Notes: generated by a model from the letters alone, not told the origin. Shown: positions 1 to 10,243, counted from the first letter of the stretch. The stretch: 64,000 bases of DNA from an uncultured Clostridia bacterium (GCA_934754495.1 CAKVHW010000004.1:1070-65069); one strand, 5' to 3'. Numbers and translations are program-made.

Positions 1-1
1 T

Positions 2-886
2 ATTAATCCTGATAATATTGTTACTAATCTAAAAAGTGCTAATTTGATTTCAGTGCCTGACACATGTGGGAATATTGTTAAGATTATTAGTTTTAACGAT
101 TATTTGTATGTGTTTTGTGAATATGGAATATTTAGGCTTGTATCATATGAAAGCAAAAAGAAACAATATGTCGAACCAGTTTTTGTTGGTTCGGCTCGTA
201 TTTTCCCAAATACTATTGTATTGGCGGGTGGAAATATTATATTTACTTGTGAAGATGGTATTTATAATTTTACAGGTTTAAAAGTAAATAAATATGATGT
301 TAAAATCACAAGTTTGTTAAAAGGTGTAGACAATTCATATGCAAAAGCGGTGTTTGGAAATGGTAAATATTATTTAACATGTAAACTTAATTATGGAGAT
401 AAAAAGATTGTTGGTGCTGAAGGTGGAATGTGCCCTAATAATACACTTGTTGAACTTGATTCGAACCTTGAGGTGGTTTTAAATAGGGGAATCTGTTTGC
501 AAGATTTATCTACATTGTTTGGTTATGAAAATCATAAAGTTATGTGTATTGCAAAACAATATTCGCCGACTGTTAAGGAATTATGTGAATCTGGTGAGTA
601 TGATGACGACTATCCGCTTAAGAAAAAATGGCAATATGCAAAGTTTGATTTAGGCAAACCAGAAACCATGAAAGTGGTTAAAAGATTGTGTGTAAAAACT
701 TCAAGCGACATTACAATAACTTTTGAATGTGATGATAAGTTTAAAACTGTAAATGTAAAAGGCTCAAATATTGTTCAAAATATTCCTATCAATTTAAAAG
801 GAAAAGTCCTTGGTGTTATGGTTGAATGTGAAAAAGCTGTTGTTAAAATTGAAACAATAAAACTTTTGGTTGGTGTTTATGATTAA
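2..886 (+). CDS. Phage structural protein (hypothetical), 5'-partial
   Basis: The frame stays open from nt 2 through the listed TTG at 44. It has an 8-nt ATGATTAA overlap with the next ORF and lies upstream of the holin pair. No enzyme motif recognised. Confidence 0.55.
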   Translation: MNPDNIVTNLKSANLISVPDTCGNIVKIISFNDYLYVFCEYGIFRLVSYESKKKQYVEPVFVGSARIFPNTIVLAGGNIIFTCEDGIYNFTGLKVNKYDVKITSLLKGVDNSYAKAVFGNGKYYLTCKLNYGDKKIVGAEGGMCPNNTLVELDSNLEVVLNRGICLQDLSTLFGYENHKVMCIAKQYSPTVKELCESGEYDDDYPLKKKWQYAKFDLGKPETMKVVKRLCVKTSSDITITFECDDKFKTVNVKGSNIVQNIPINLKGKVLGVMVECEKAVVKIETIKLLVGVYD

Positions 887-2009
887 TTCTAAACTTGATT
901 ATAGTTACGAAGAGAGTGTAAAAAACAACAGAAAAAATAACTTGCTCTCAGTAGATACTAGTGGGAAAAAAATTAATTTTCATTATAATGTTTCAAGTGG
1001 TGTTTTTTCAAAAATAATTAATTTTTCATCAGTTCAAGAAAAAATATCGCTTGGTGTTTTTGCACAAGGTGAAAGTACATGTAACGTAAAAATTAAACTT
1101 AACAATGTGCTAATTTTTGATGAAAACTTTTTAAACTACATATTTGTTAATGAATATGTTTTTGCTGATGAAAGTAATGATTTAGAAGTGGTTATTACTC
1201 CATCAAGTGGCGGTATAAAAAATATCAACATTTCATTATTTGGAAAATTGGCTATCAAAATTGATAAAAAATTAATGTTTTTTAAAGAAAATTCAGCACT
1301 TATTTTTAATGGTCAATTATTAAGTTTTAATACCTTTTCTAGTTTTTTAAGCAATGTTTGTGACATTAAACCATATATTAATGACAAATACTATGATATT
1401 TCAAGTAATTTTTCTAATGAAAATCAAAAATGCAAAAATTATATAATTTTGTTTGAAAATAATAACACATTAATATATAAAGAAATTGAAACAAATAAAA
1501 TTGTTAATGTTGCCACAGGTGTAAGTGATGCTTGTTTTGTTCCTGTTGAGGGGTATAATGGTGCAATAGTATATTTAAAAAATGGCATTGTGAATTTGAC
1601 TACTGTTTCAAGCGATTACACATTAAGCGATGTTATAGTGTTACAACAATTATCAGCACTTAATATTACTCGTCTTATTTTTATTGTTACTGAAAGTCCT
1701 TTATCTAAATTTATTGCAATTGGTGATGAAAATGTTTATCTTGTTAGTTTTGTCGGAACATCAAACACTTTTTCGGCTGTAAAAATTGACTTGCTTTTTA
1801 GCGGAGATAATGCACAGTCTTTTTATTACAACAATAGATTGTATCTATTTTCGTCAAGTATTGACGGTGTGACATTATATACTTTTTTGATTGGTGATAC
1901 TGTTAAAAAACAATCGGAAGTTTTTTATGCTAATTTTGATGATGGTTTTGTATATGGTGGTGATGTGTATTTACGACGTGGCAGTTTGGTGAGAAAACTT
2001 GACACCTAA
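879..2009 (+). CDS. Phage hypothetical protein (Asn/Ser-rich, possibly tail or fibre associated)
   Basis: In-frame ATG at 879 overlaps the upstream stop, which suggests translational coupling. Long ORF with coding-like composition. Function unknown. Confidence 0.55.
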   Translation: MINSKLDYSYEESVKNNRKNNLLSVDTSGKKINFHYNVSSGVFSKIINFSSVQEKISLGVFAQGESTCNVKIKLNNVLIFDENFLNYIFVNEYVFADESNDLEVVITPSSGGIKNINISLFGKLAIKIDKKLMFFKENSALIFNGQLLSFNTFSSFLSNVCDIKPYINDKYYDISSNFSNENQKCKNYIILFENNNTLIYKEIETNKIVNVATGVSDACFVPVEGYNGAIVYLKNGIVNLTTVSSDYTLSDVIVLQQLSALNITRLIFIVTESPLSKFIAIGDENVYLVSFVGTSNTFSAVKIDLLFSGDNAQSFYYNNRLYLFSSSIDGVTLYTFLIGDTVKKQSEVFYANFDDGFVYGGDVYLRRGSLVRKLDT

Positions 2010-2076
2010 AAAATACCTGTTGCATGAAATTGCAAAAAACAAATTAAAAAATTTTATTATCGGTGGTGGATTTAAT

Positions 2077-2700
2077 ATGGATTACAGAATGACAGAAGAG
2101 TTTAGTAAAAGTGCCCAGGCGGTTGTTGAAAAGTCAATGCTTGATGAAAGTGTTAAAAGACTAAAAAAGACAATTGAGAATCTTAAACTAAATGACTCTA
2201 CTCCTAAAATTGCAAACACATGTTTTGATGATGTTGAAAGTGAGAAAATATTAGCGGAACAGAAAAAACTTGAAGATGTAAAGGTTGGTCTTGATGCAAA
2301 ACTCGAAGCATTAAAAATTTGTAAAGAAAAATATCTAGAAAGTTTTGATATTTTTAATGCAACAAAAGTTGTTGATGAAATTGATAATGTAAACAAACTT
2401 TTAGATGACAATGCAACATCGCTTAATGCACTTAGTGATTCAATTAAGGTAAGTGAATTAAAATATCAGCAACAACTTGACCAACTTAATAGTGAGTTGG
2501 GTGGTTTTAATTTTGAAACATCGTCTCCAAATTTTGATGACAAATATTGTAAAAATGTTGTTGGTGATTTTAAAATGTCAAAAGCAAAAAGTTATGTAAA
2601 CGATTTTTTATCTAATCTTAAAAGTGAACAACGAAATATTGTTTTACAAGAGAATGAAGATTTAAAAAGGTACATAGAAAATGTGGGAGAAAATATTTAA
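2077..2700 (+). CDS. Phage coiled-coil protein (hypothetical)
   Basis: ATG at 2077 follows GGTGGTGGA. The sequence is rich in heptad-like K/E/L stretches. Confidence 0.5.
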   Translation: MDYRMTEEFSKSAQAVVEKSMLDESVKRLKKTIENLKLNDSTPKIANTCFDDVESEKILAEQKKLEDVKVGLDAKLEALKICKEKYLESFDIFNATKVVDEIDNVNKLLDDNATSLNALSDSIKVSELKYQQQLDQLNSELGGFNFETSSPNFDDKYCKNVVGDFKMSKAKSYVNDFLSNLKSEQRNIVLQENEDLKRYIENVGENI

Positions 2701-2920
2701 CCTTGCCATAAGTAATGGCATATGGGCGGTTTTATTTTTAGTGTTGTTGTTTTTCCAACTTAAAGACAGCAAACGTCGTGAAGAAAAGTATCAGCGGACT
2801 ATTGAGGCGCTTGGTACATCATTAAAGGTTGTTACCGAAATAAAAGAAGATGTTGAAGAAATTAAGGTTGAACTTAATAAACTGAAGCCTTGTGGAGAAA
2901 ATGATGAACCTAAAAAATAG
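2681..2920 (+). CDS. BhlA/UviB-family holin-like peptide
   Basis: 79 aa with one N-terminal TM (GIWAVLFLVLLFFQL) followed by KDSKRREEKYQ and a charged coiled tail. This matches the BhlA/UviB pattern (xQGxFAxLFxxLLFY..KExxxRExK). Confidence 0.7.
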   Translation: MWEKIFNLAISNGIWAVLFLVLLFFQLKDSKRREEKYQRTIEALGTSLKVVTEIKEDVEEIKVELNKLKPCGENDEPKK

Positions 2921-3227
2921 AGTGAAAACTTATGCGTTTTGGGTTGCACTAAGTAGTGCAGTGGTTGTGCTTGTGCAAAGTCTTGGAAAATTATTCGGCT
3001 TTGAAATAGAAAGTTCGACAATCGAAAATGTAATAATGTCGATATGCGGAGTATTGATTGTGCTGGGAATTGTAACAAATTCTACAGACTCTAAGACTGA
3101 TGATGGGGTGGATTATGATAAAACCCAAGATGAAATATCGGATAGTTTGAGTGACGAAAACCATGATGATGCAAGTGCTGCTACTAGTCTTAAACAGCAT
3201 GATGAAAATAATGACACTAAAAAATAA
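2901..3227 (+). CDS. Phage holin, family 1 (phi-LC3/LL-H type)
   Basis: The N-terminus NLKNRVKTYAFWVALSSAVVVLVQSLGKLFGF..ICGVLIVLGIV matches the KxRxKNKxFWVALxSAxLLLxQ two-TM holin pattern. Acidic C-terminal tail. Confidence 0.7.
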   Translation: MMNLKNRVKTYAFWVALSSAVVVLVQSLGKLFGFEIESSTIENVIMSICGVLIVLGIVTNSTDSKTDDGVDYDKTQDEISDSLSDENHDDASAATSLKQHDENNDTKK

Positions 3228-3246
3228 AATACTGTATTTAAATAAA

Positions 3247-3293
3247 AAGTATGGGGTGAACAAAATACTTCACTTATTCCCATACTTTTTTTT
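3247..3293 (+). terminator. Rho-independent terminator after the holin
   Basis: AAGTATGGG(GTGAA)...(TTCAC)...CCCATACTT stem followed by a T-run. Confidence 0.75.
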
Positions 3294-3457
3294 GTGCTAA
3301 AAATAGTGTTATAAAATAGTAGTGTAAAATGTTGTTTAGGGTTAAATAATAAGCAAAAGATGTTATCTTATTGCTATTTTTATTGATTTTTGGTTGTTTT
3401 TAATATATAATAAACTAAGTTTATGTGGTTTGGTCGCACGTATGTAAGGAGCAAAGA

Positions 3458-4408
3458 ATGTTATACAAAAACACTTTTAGGTTAATGTTTTCTAATAGTC
3501 ACTTAATTTTTAAAATAATGTTGTACCTTGTTGTTGCATTGTTGGTTATTGGTGGGCTATCGTTTGTTGTTGCCATTCCAATTTTTAATTTGCTTATAAA
3601 CGAAAGGTTTTTTATAAAAATTGGCGAAGTTTACTCCAATTTCTTAAGCAATCTTGACCTTAAAGCATTGATAATGGAAATTGGTATTTTGTCTGAAAAA
3701 TTAATTTTAATTTTAAACGAAAATTTCACATCTATTATGTTTTCAGCATTTGCTGTTGGGCTTATAACTTTTGTATTAGGTCATATTGTAATGAATTTTT
3801 ACACAATGCCAACTTCAACTGTTGTTGATATGTATATGAGTAGCAATGTAAAACAAAAAATGTCTACCGCATTTACTCAAAGTTTTAAGAAAAATATCTC
3901 GTACCAACTTGTTTCGCTTTTGATATTATTCCCATTAAATGTTGGTATTGCATACTTGTTTTTGTATTCGCTAAGGCTATTTAAGTTGGGTGGGGCATTT
4001 ATAATATTCTCACCATTCATTATCTTAATTGGCTTTGCACTTATAAACTCGCTAAAACACACATTGTTCTGCGGTTGGATTCCGTCTATTATTGTTAGAA
4101 ATAATGGTGTGTTTAGGGGCTTAAAAGATGGCTTTGTTGTTTCAAAACGTAGATTTTGGCAAACATTTGCAAATTGTTTTGCAATAGAACTTACACTAAT
4201 TTTTATTAATGTTTTTGGCAGTGTATTTACTTATGGTGTGGGCTTAATAATAACTGTTCCAGTAACGGCGCTTGTTCTTAACATCTTTGGTTTAGTTGCT
4301 TACTATAGTGCTAATGGTCAAAAATATTACCTTGATCCATACAATGTTATGGCACCAAAAACACAAGAATATACAGATAAATTCCGTGACCAACGTTATA
4401 TTGTTTAG
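3458..4408 (+). CDS. Polytopic membrane protein, unknown function
   Basis: ATG at 3458 lies 6 nt after AAGGAG. Multiple hydrophobic helices. Terminator follows at 4426-4457. Confidence 0.7.
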   Translation: MLYKNTFRLMFSNSHLIFKIMLYLVVALLVIGGLSFVVAIPIFNLLINERFFIKIGEVYSNFLSNLDLKALIMEIGILSEKLILILNENFTSIMFSAFAVGLITFVLGHIVMNFYTMPTSTVVDMYMSSNVKQKMSTAFTQSFKKNISYQLVSLLILFPLNVGIAYLFLYSLRLFKLGGAFIIFSPFIILIGFALINSLKHTLFCGWIPSIIVRNNGVFRGLKDGFVVSKRRFWQTFANCFAIELTLIFINVFGSVFTYGVGLIITVPVTALVLNIFGLVAYYSANGQKYYLDPYNVMAPKTQEYTDKFRDQRYIV

Positions 4409-4425
4409 TTTTAAACGATTTTAAA

Positions 4426-4457
4426 GCAACTCCTAAAAAATAGGAGTTGTTTTTTTG
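4426..4457 (+). terminator. Rho-independent terminator
   Basis: GCAACTCCT / AGGAGTTG stem plus T-run. Confidence 0.75.
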
Positions 4458-4687
4458 TTTTCCAAAATAAGTCAAAATTTTTGTTGCAATTTAATCTTAA
4501 GTGGTGTATTATATTACTTAGTTACAAAAATATTCCTTTTTGTGGTTATTCAAGGAATATTGTCATAATCAAAAAACTATGTAAAGGCATATAAAAAGGG
4601 CTTAATATTTTTTTGGGCTGATTTTTTTGCTTTTATTTTAAGTTATATATTTTGTAATAAATGTTTAGAAAATAAAAGGAGAAAAAA

Positions 4688-6349
4688 ATGAAACAAGCAA
4701 ATTTAAAAATGTCGTTTTTGGGTGGTGTAGGCGAAGTTGGCAAAAACATGATGGCACTAGAATACCAAAACGATATTATCATTATTGATGCGGGGCTAGC
4801 ATTCCCATCAGACGAAATGATGGGTGTTGACTTAGTAATTCCTGACATCACTTATCTAATTGCCAACAAAAATAAAATTAGAGCCATTATTTTAACTCAC
4901 GGTCACGAAGACCATATTGGTGCACTTCCATACGTGTTGCAAGATATTAAGGCTCCTATTTATGGTAGCAAACTAACTTGTGCTTTGGTTGAAAATAAGT
5001 TTAGAGAACATAAAAAAGTGGCTTGCAAACTTAATGTTGTAAAACCAAAACAAGTAATTAAAGCAGGTTGTTTTCAAATAGAATTTTTAAAAGTAACCCA
5101 TAGTATTAGTGGGGCTATGGCATTATGCATAACAACCCCAATTGGTGTGTATATTCACACAGGTGACTTTAAAATAGACTATACACCAATTGATGGTGAC
5201 CCTATGGACTTAGTTAGACTAGCTGAATTAAGTAAAAAGGGTGTGCTTCTAATGACATCTGATAGTACTAATGCAGAACGTCCAGGCTACAGTATGAGTG
5301 AAGCAAAAGTTGGTTTGACACTAGACGGATTATTTGCACAAAACAAAGAAAAACGTATTATTATAGCCACTTTTGCATCTAATATTCACCGTATCCAACA
5401 AGTACTAGACCTTTGCGAAAAGTATGGTAGAAAAGTTGTGTTTACAGGTAGAAGTATGCTAAATGTCTGCGAAACAGCAAGTAAAATTGGCGAACTAAAA
5501 TTCAATAGAGAACTACTTGGTGATGTAAACAATGTAGATAAAATGGACGATGATAAAACACTTATTTTGTGTACAGGTAGCCAGGGTGAAGCAAATAGTG
5601 CTTTGGCAAGAATGGCAGATGGTCAATTTAACAAAATTGAAATTAATGAAAATGACTATGTAATTTTCAGTTCGTCTTCAATTCCTGGAAACGAAAAGAA
5701 TATTAACGATGTTATAAATCAATTATATCGCCGTGGTGCAAGTGTAATATACGAAGGTCTTGCTGCAGTTCATGTGTCAGGACACGCATATCAAGAAGAA
5801 CTAAAAACAATGTTAAGTCTTGTTAGACCAAAGTTTTTCGTTCCATGCCATGGTGAATTCCGTCACCTTAAAGCACACGCAAAACTTGCAGAAGAAATTG
5901 GAATTAATCAAAGAAACATCATCATTCCAGACCTTGGCGATAGTATTTCTATTAGTCGTAACGTTATTAAGAAAATTGGTACTGTTCCAGCAGGAATTAG
6001 GCTTGTAGATGGCTTTGATGTAAGCGAAGCAGGTGGCGCTGTTCAACGTGATAGAGCATTGCTAGCCGAAGAAGGTGTGTGTGTTGTTGCACTTACCGTA
6101 AACAAAACAACAGGAAGTTTGTCTTCAAAACCAGAACTTATCTCACGTGGATTTATCTACATTAAAGATAATGCCGAAGTTATTGAAGAAGCAAAAGATT
6201 TAATTATTAATACAATATTAAATTGCAACTTTAAAACACAGGATTGGAATATGATTAAAGCCAACTTGAAAAAGGTTTTGTCAAACTTCTTCTATAAGAG
6301 AATGAAACGTAAACCAATGATTGTTCCTGTAATTATGGAAACTAAATAA
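4688..6349 (+). CDS. rnj: Ribonuclease J (beta-CASP metallo-beta-lactamase RNase)
   Basis: N-terminus FLGGVGEVGKNM, motif HGHEDHIGALPY and ~550 aa length. Strong AAGGAG RBS. Confidence 0.93.
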   Translation: MKQANLKMSFLGGVGEVGKNMMALEYQNDIIIIDAGLAFPSDEMMGVDLVIPDITYLIANKNKIRAIILTHGHEDHIGALPYVLQDIKAPIYGSKLTCALVENKFREHKKVACKLNVVKPKQVIKAGCFQIEFLKVTHSISGAMALCITTPIGVYIHTGDFKIDYTPIDGDPMDLVRLAELSKKGVLLMTSDSTNAERPGYSMSEAKVGLTLDGLFAQNKEKRIIIATFASNIHRIQQVLDLCEKYGRKVVFTGRSMLNVCETASKIGELKFNRELLGDVNNVDKMDDDKTLILCTGSQGEANSALARMADGQFNKIEINENDYVIFSSSSIPGNEKNINDVINQLYRRGASVIYEGLAAVHVSGHAYQEELKTMLSLVRPKFFVPCHGEFRHLKAHAKLAEEIGINQRNIIIPDLGDSISISRNVIKKIGTVPAGIRLVDGFDVSEAGGAVQRDRALLAEEGVCVVALTVNKTTGSLSSKPELISRGFIYIKDNAEVIEEAKDLIINTILNCNFKTQDWNMIKANLKKVLSNFFYKRMKRKPMIVPVIMETK

Positions 6350-6359
6350 GGTAGAATTA

Positions 6360-6938
6360 ATGGAAGATATTATAAAAGAAGCTAAGGAATTTCACATTCC
6401 TATAGTACGACCAAAAACCCTAGAACTGCTTTTAAAAACAATAAAAGAAGCTAATCCTAGCACTATTTTGGAAGTTGGCACCGCAACAGGTTATTCGGCA
6501 TGTAATATGCTAAGTGTGTGCGATGCTTTGCTTACAACAATAGAACTTAATCCCGACAACCAAGAAAAAGCAAAGTCAAATGTTGAAAGGCTAGGATTTA
6601 GTAATAGGGTGGAGTTTATATTAGGCGATGCAAAACAAGTGCTAAAAGACCTTGTAGAACAAAATAGAAAATACGATTTTGTGTTTTTGGATGGCCCAAA
6701 AGGTCAGTATATTAACTACTTGCCAGACATTACAAAAATACTTAATGTTGGCGGAATTTTGTTTGCCGATGACGTACTTTTTTATGGTCTTGTTAAGGGC
6801 GATGAATTTGTTCCGCACCGCAAACGCACAATAGTTGTAAACTTAAGAAAATACTTAAAAGAAGTAGAAAATAAGCCATTTTCTAGCACTTTAATTGATA
6901 TGGAAGATGGTGTATGTATTTCTAAAAAAGTGGAGTAA
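6360..6938 (+). CDS. Class I SAM-dependent O-methyltransferase (YrrM/TrmR-like)
   Basis: ILEVGTATGYS SAM motif and DFVFLDGPK. Sits directly upstream of a U32 peptidase gene, as in B. subtilis yrrM-yrrN-yrrO. Confidence 0.8.
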   Translation: MEDIIKEAKEFHIPIVRPKTLELLLKTIKEANPSTILEVGTATGYSACNMLSVCDALLTTIELNPDNQEKAKSNVERLGFSNRVEFILGDAKQVLKDLVEQNRKYDFVFLDGPKGQYINYLPDITKILNVGGILFADDVLFYGLVKGDEFVPHRKRTIVVNLRKYLKEVENKPFSSTLIDMEDGVCISKKVE

Positions 6939-6941
6939 AAT

Positions 6942-8156
6942 ATGATAGAGTTGTTAGCCCCAGCGGGCAATATGGAAAAATTAAAAACCGCATTTTATTT
7001 TGGTGCTGATGCATGCTATTTTGCTGGCAAACAATACGGTCTTCGTACATTTGCTGATAACTTTGATTTACCAGAACTTGAAGAGAGTGTAAAGTTTTGC
7101 CATAAGATGGGCAAAAAAGCATATATTACAATTAATGTTTTGGCTCACAATGGCGACTTTGCTGGGCTACCAGAATACTTGCAGTTTTTAAACAAAATTA
7201 AGGTAGATGCTGTAATTGTAAGCGATATTGGTGTTATGAGTTTTGTAAAACAATATGCACCTAGTGTAGATATTCACGTTAGCACCCAAGCAAGTGTAAC
7301 TAATAAATACACCGCAAAACAATTTGTTGATATGGGGGCAAAACGTATTATTTTAGCAAGAGAACTTAGTATTGACGAAATTAAGGAAATTCGAGATTAT
7401 CTTCCTAAAGATATTGAAATAGAAACATTTGTTCATGGTGCAATGTGTATTTCTTATTCTGGTAGATGTTTGCTTTCTAATTATCTTACAGGTCGTGATA
7501 GTAATCGTGGTGCTTGTGTACAAGCTTGCCGTTGGGAATACTGCATTCGTGAGAAAAACCGCAAGGGTGAGTACCTAGAAATGCAAGAAGACGAACGTGG
7601 CACATATATTTTAAATAGTAAAGACCTTAATATGATTGAATACATTGACAAACTTCGTGATGCTGGAGTTACTAGTTTTAAAATAGAAGGCAGAATGAAA
7701 AGCCCTTATTATGTGGCAACCGTTGTTAATGCTTACCGCCGTGCAATAGACATAATGGAAAAAGGCGGAGAATATCATTGCCCAGAGAGCTTGGTGGCAG
7801 AACTAGAAAAAGCCAGCCACCGCCGTTATACAACAGGGTTTTATTTTGGCTCTTATGATAAGGAATGTTTGGAAAGTAGTATGCCTGTTCAAACACACGA
7901 ATTTATGGCAATAGTGCTAGACGACCAGAAAGACGGCAAGGTTTTAATTGAAATGCGAAACCGCTTTAAGGTAGGCGAAACACTAGAAGTTCTTTCACCA
8001 AATAGCACATTTAACGAGCAAATTCTTGTAGAAAAAATGACCGATGAAAAAGGTCAAGAAGTACTTGATGCTAATCAAGTTCAACAAAATTTGTGGTTGT
8101 ACACAAATGTTAACCTTAAAAAGGGCGATATATTAAGAAAAAAAGTGATAAAATAA
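6942..8156 (+). CDS. Peptidase U32 family protein (YrrO/TrhP-like, tRNA ho5U synthesis candidate)
   Basis: MIELLAPAGN start, ARELS, and the Cys-rich segment GAMCISYSGRCLLSNY..RDSNRGACVQACRW typical of U32. Confidence 0.85.
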   Translation: MIELLAPAGNMEKLKTAFYFGADACYFAGKQYGLRTFADNFDLPELEESVKFCHKMGKKAYITINVLAHNGDFAGLPEYLQFLNKIKVDAVIVSDIGVMSFVKQYAPSVDIHVSTQASVTNKYTAKQFVDMGAKRIILARELSIDEIKEIRDYLPKDIEIETFVHGAMCISYSGRCLLSNYLTGRDSNRGACVQACRWEYCIREKNRKGEYLEMQEDERGTYILNSKDLNMIEYIDKLRDAGVTSFKIEGRMKSPYYVATVVNAYRRAIDIMEKGGEYHCPESLVAELEKASHRRYTTGFYFGSYDKECLESSMPVQTHEFMAIVLDDQKDGKVLIEMRNRFKVGETLEVLSPNSTFNEQILVEKMTDEKGQEVLDANQVQQNLWLYTNVNLKKGDILRKKVIK

Positions 8157-8164
8157 ATTTTTAA

Positions 8165-8194
8165 AACACCGGTTGTAACATGCCGGTGTTTTTT
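8165..8194 (+). terminator. Rho-independent terminator
   Basis: AACACCGG / CCGGTGTT stem plus T-run. Confidence 0.75.
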
Positions 8195-8266
8195 ATGTCA
8201 TAAAAAGCATTCCGTACAAGCAAATTTCGACATCTTTCGCATATATTTATATGAAAAGGGGTGTGT

Positions 8267-8968
8267 ATGATTTTTGAAAGTTTTAGTTCGTTTTTACGAA
8301 AAATTATGTTTTTTACGGCATATGTTAATAAGACATCATCGTTTCCAAAACCGCTATCTAGCGAACAGGAAGCGGAATATTTAAAAAAGTTTCATGATAA
8401 TGGCGACCAAGAAGCCAAAGATATTTTAATTCACCATAATTTGCGACTTGTGGCACATATAGTAAAAAAGTATGGCGGAACAGAAGAAGCCGATGACCTA
8501 ATAAGTGCAGGAAGTCTTGGACTAATTAAGGCTATAAACTCATATCAATATGGCCATAATACGCAATTTTCAACATATGCCGCAAGGTGTATTGAAAACG
8601 AAATTTTAATGCTACTAAGGGTGAATAAAAAGCATAAAAATTGTGTTAGCATTGAAGACACATTGCTTAACGACATAGACGACAATGAGATAACGGTGCT
8701 TGATATTGTTGAAGCCCCAGATAGCGATGTTGAAGGGCTTGTTGGTGGAATGTTGATTAGTAAAAAACTTGAAGAAGTTCTGACAAAAAATCTTTCAAAA
8801 CGAGAGTATTTAATTATGAGCCTTAGATATGGGCTTAATGGAAATCCAGCGCTTACTCAAAGGGAAGTTGCGCTTAAACTCAATATTAGCCGTAGTTATG
8901 TGAGCAGACTTGAGAAAAAATCACTTGAAATACTGCAAAATGTGGTAAAAAAAGAAGACTATAGATAA
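8267..8968 (+). CDS. sigK: RNA polymerase sporulation sigma factor, pro-sigma-K type
   Basis: The pro-sequence junction FFTAYVNKTSSFPKPLSSEQE matches B. subtilis LVSYVKNNAFPQPLSS. HHNLRLVAHIVKKY, ATYAARCIENEILM and ISRSYVSRLEKK are also present. Uninterrupted. Confidence 0.85.
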   Translation: MIFESFSSFLRKIMFFTAYVNKTSSFPKPLSSEQEAEYLKKFHDNGDQEAKDILIHHNLRLVAHIVKKYGGTEEADDLISAGSLGLIKAINSYQYGHNTQFSTYAARCIENEILMLLRVNKKHKNCVSIEDTLLNDIDDNEITVLDIVEAPDSDVEGLVGGMLISKKLEEVLTKNLSKREYLIMSLRYGLNGNPALTQREVALKLNISRSYVSRLEKKSLEILQNVVKKEDYR

Positions 8969-9053
8969 CAAATTTTACACAAAATAAGGTATCTAAATTA
9001 TTTTGATAATTTACATATTTGTGGTATCATTATTTTGAAATTTGGAGAAACGA

Positions 9054-10145
9054 ATGAAAAAGTTAGGAAAAGTTGCATTAATAATATCGTGCTTTGTGCT
9101 TATGCTCACGGCTTTTACAGCTTGTAGTTTTGGCGGAAAAGACAACTCATCAGATAACGACACAACACCATCTACACCTTCAAAGCCACAACAAGTTGAG
9201 CTTTCATTAAGTGGATATAATGAAGAAATTACAGTTGGTGACGAACTTTATTCAAAGCTAAAAGTTCAAAAAAAAGTGGGAGGAAATTGGGAAGAAGTTG
9301 TTAAAGCGGATTATACAATCTCCACCGATTACGACAAAACTGCATACGGCACTTTTACTCTTACAGTGACTTTAAAAGACGGCACTGGTGAAACTAGTGT
9401 TGATATTAAAGTAAAACCGCTTAAGGTTAAACTTCCAACTTATACAACCGTGTATACTGGTGAACTTGTTGATGTTAAGACAGCACTTGAAAAAAACTCA
9501 ACCCCAGTAGGCACTTTTGTAAAACTTTATGATGTTACAACTTACGAAAATAAAACAAATGTTGGTGTTTACACGGCAAAAGTAAAACTAACAAATCCTA
9601 AAAAATATGTGTGGGTTGATGTGGACGGAACCGAATTAAAAGGTGCAACCCAAGTTGTAAATTGGAGCATAACGTTAGCCCCACGAAAAACCACCTATAA
9701 TAATAGCCTAAGCCTTACGGTGTACTATGGCGACACACTTAGACAAGTGGTTGAAGATAACAAATTAAATTATGATAATCACGACATTATAGATTTTGCG
9801 TTTATTAACGAAACCGGAGAACAACTTGACGAAATGACCCTTATAACCAACCAAATAAGACTTTATGCTAAGTTTAGACCAAATGCAAACTATGAGTACA
9901 ATGAAAACCTAGTGTTTAATGTTACTGTTGTTACAACTGCCGAGTATAAGGTTGAACATTATAAAAAACAGGGTGATACATATGTTTTGGCTGATACAGA
10001 AACTTTAAGCGGTCAAATTACATCGGTTGTTTCGGCTACGGCAAAAACGTATGATGGCTTTACCCTTAATGACACCCTTAGTGATAAGGTTGGCAGGATA
10101 ACAAAAGATGGATTACTTGTTATAAAAATGTATTATGACAATTAA
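9054..10145 (+). CDS. Surface lipoprotein with Ig-like/MBG-like repeats
   Basis: Signal peptide with lipobox LTAFTAC, an S/T/P linker, and repeated ...VG.Y...V.L......Y.W motifs. Terminator at 10150-10178. Confidence 0.8.
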   Translation: MKKLGKVALIISCFVLMLTAFTACSFGGKDNSSDNDTTPSTPSKPQQVELSLSGYNEEITVGDELYSKLKVQKKVGGNWEEVVKADYTISTDYDKTAYGTFTLTVTLKDGTGETSVDIKVKPLKVKLPTYTTVYTGELVDVKTALEKNSTPVGTFVKLYDVTTYENKTNVGVYTAKVKLTNPKKYVWVDVDGTELKGATQVVNWSITLAPRKTTYNNSLSLTVYYGDTLRQVVEDNKLNYDNHDIIDFAFINETGEQLDEMTLITNQIRLYAKFRPNANYEYNENLVFNVTVVTTAEYKVEHYKKQGDTYVLADTETLSGQITSVVSATAKTYDGFTLNDTLSDKVGRITKDGLLVIKMYYDN

Positions 10146-10243
10146 TAAAAAAGAGCATTAAATATTTGCTCTTTTTTTGTTGGTTACTATTGAAAAGCAT
10201 AATTTGATGTGCTATACTTTTATAAATTGAAAAGAGGTGAATT

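Larger units (their letters stand above)
1..3293 (+). mobile_element. Right-hand end of a prophage or phage-tail-like element (late structural ORFs plus holin pair); left boundary lies outside the window
   Basis: Five same-strand overlapping ORFs ending in two holin-family peptides and a strong terminator. Housekeeping genes start immediately afterwards. Confidence 0.5.
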
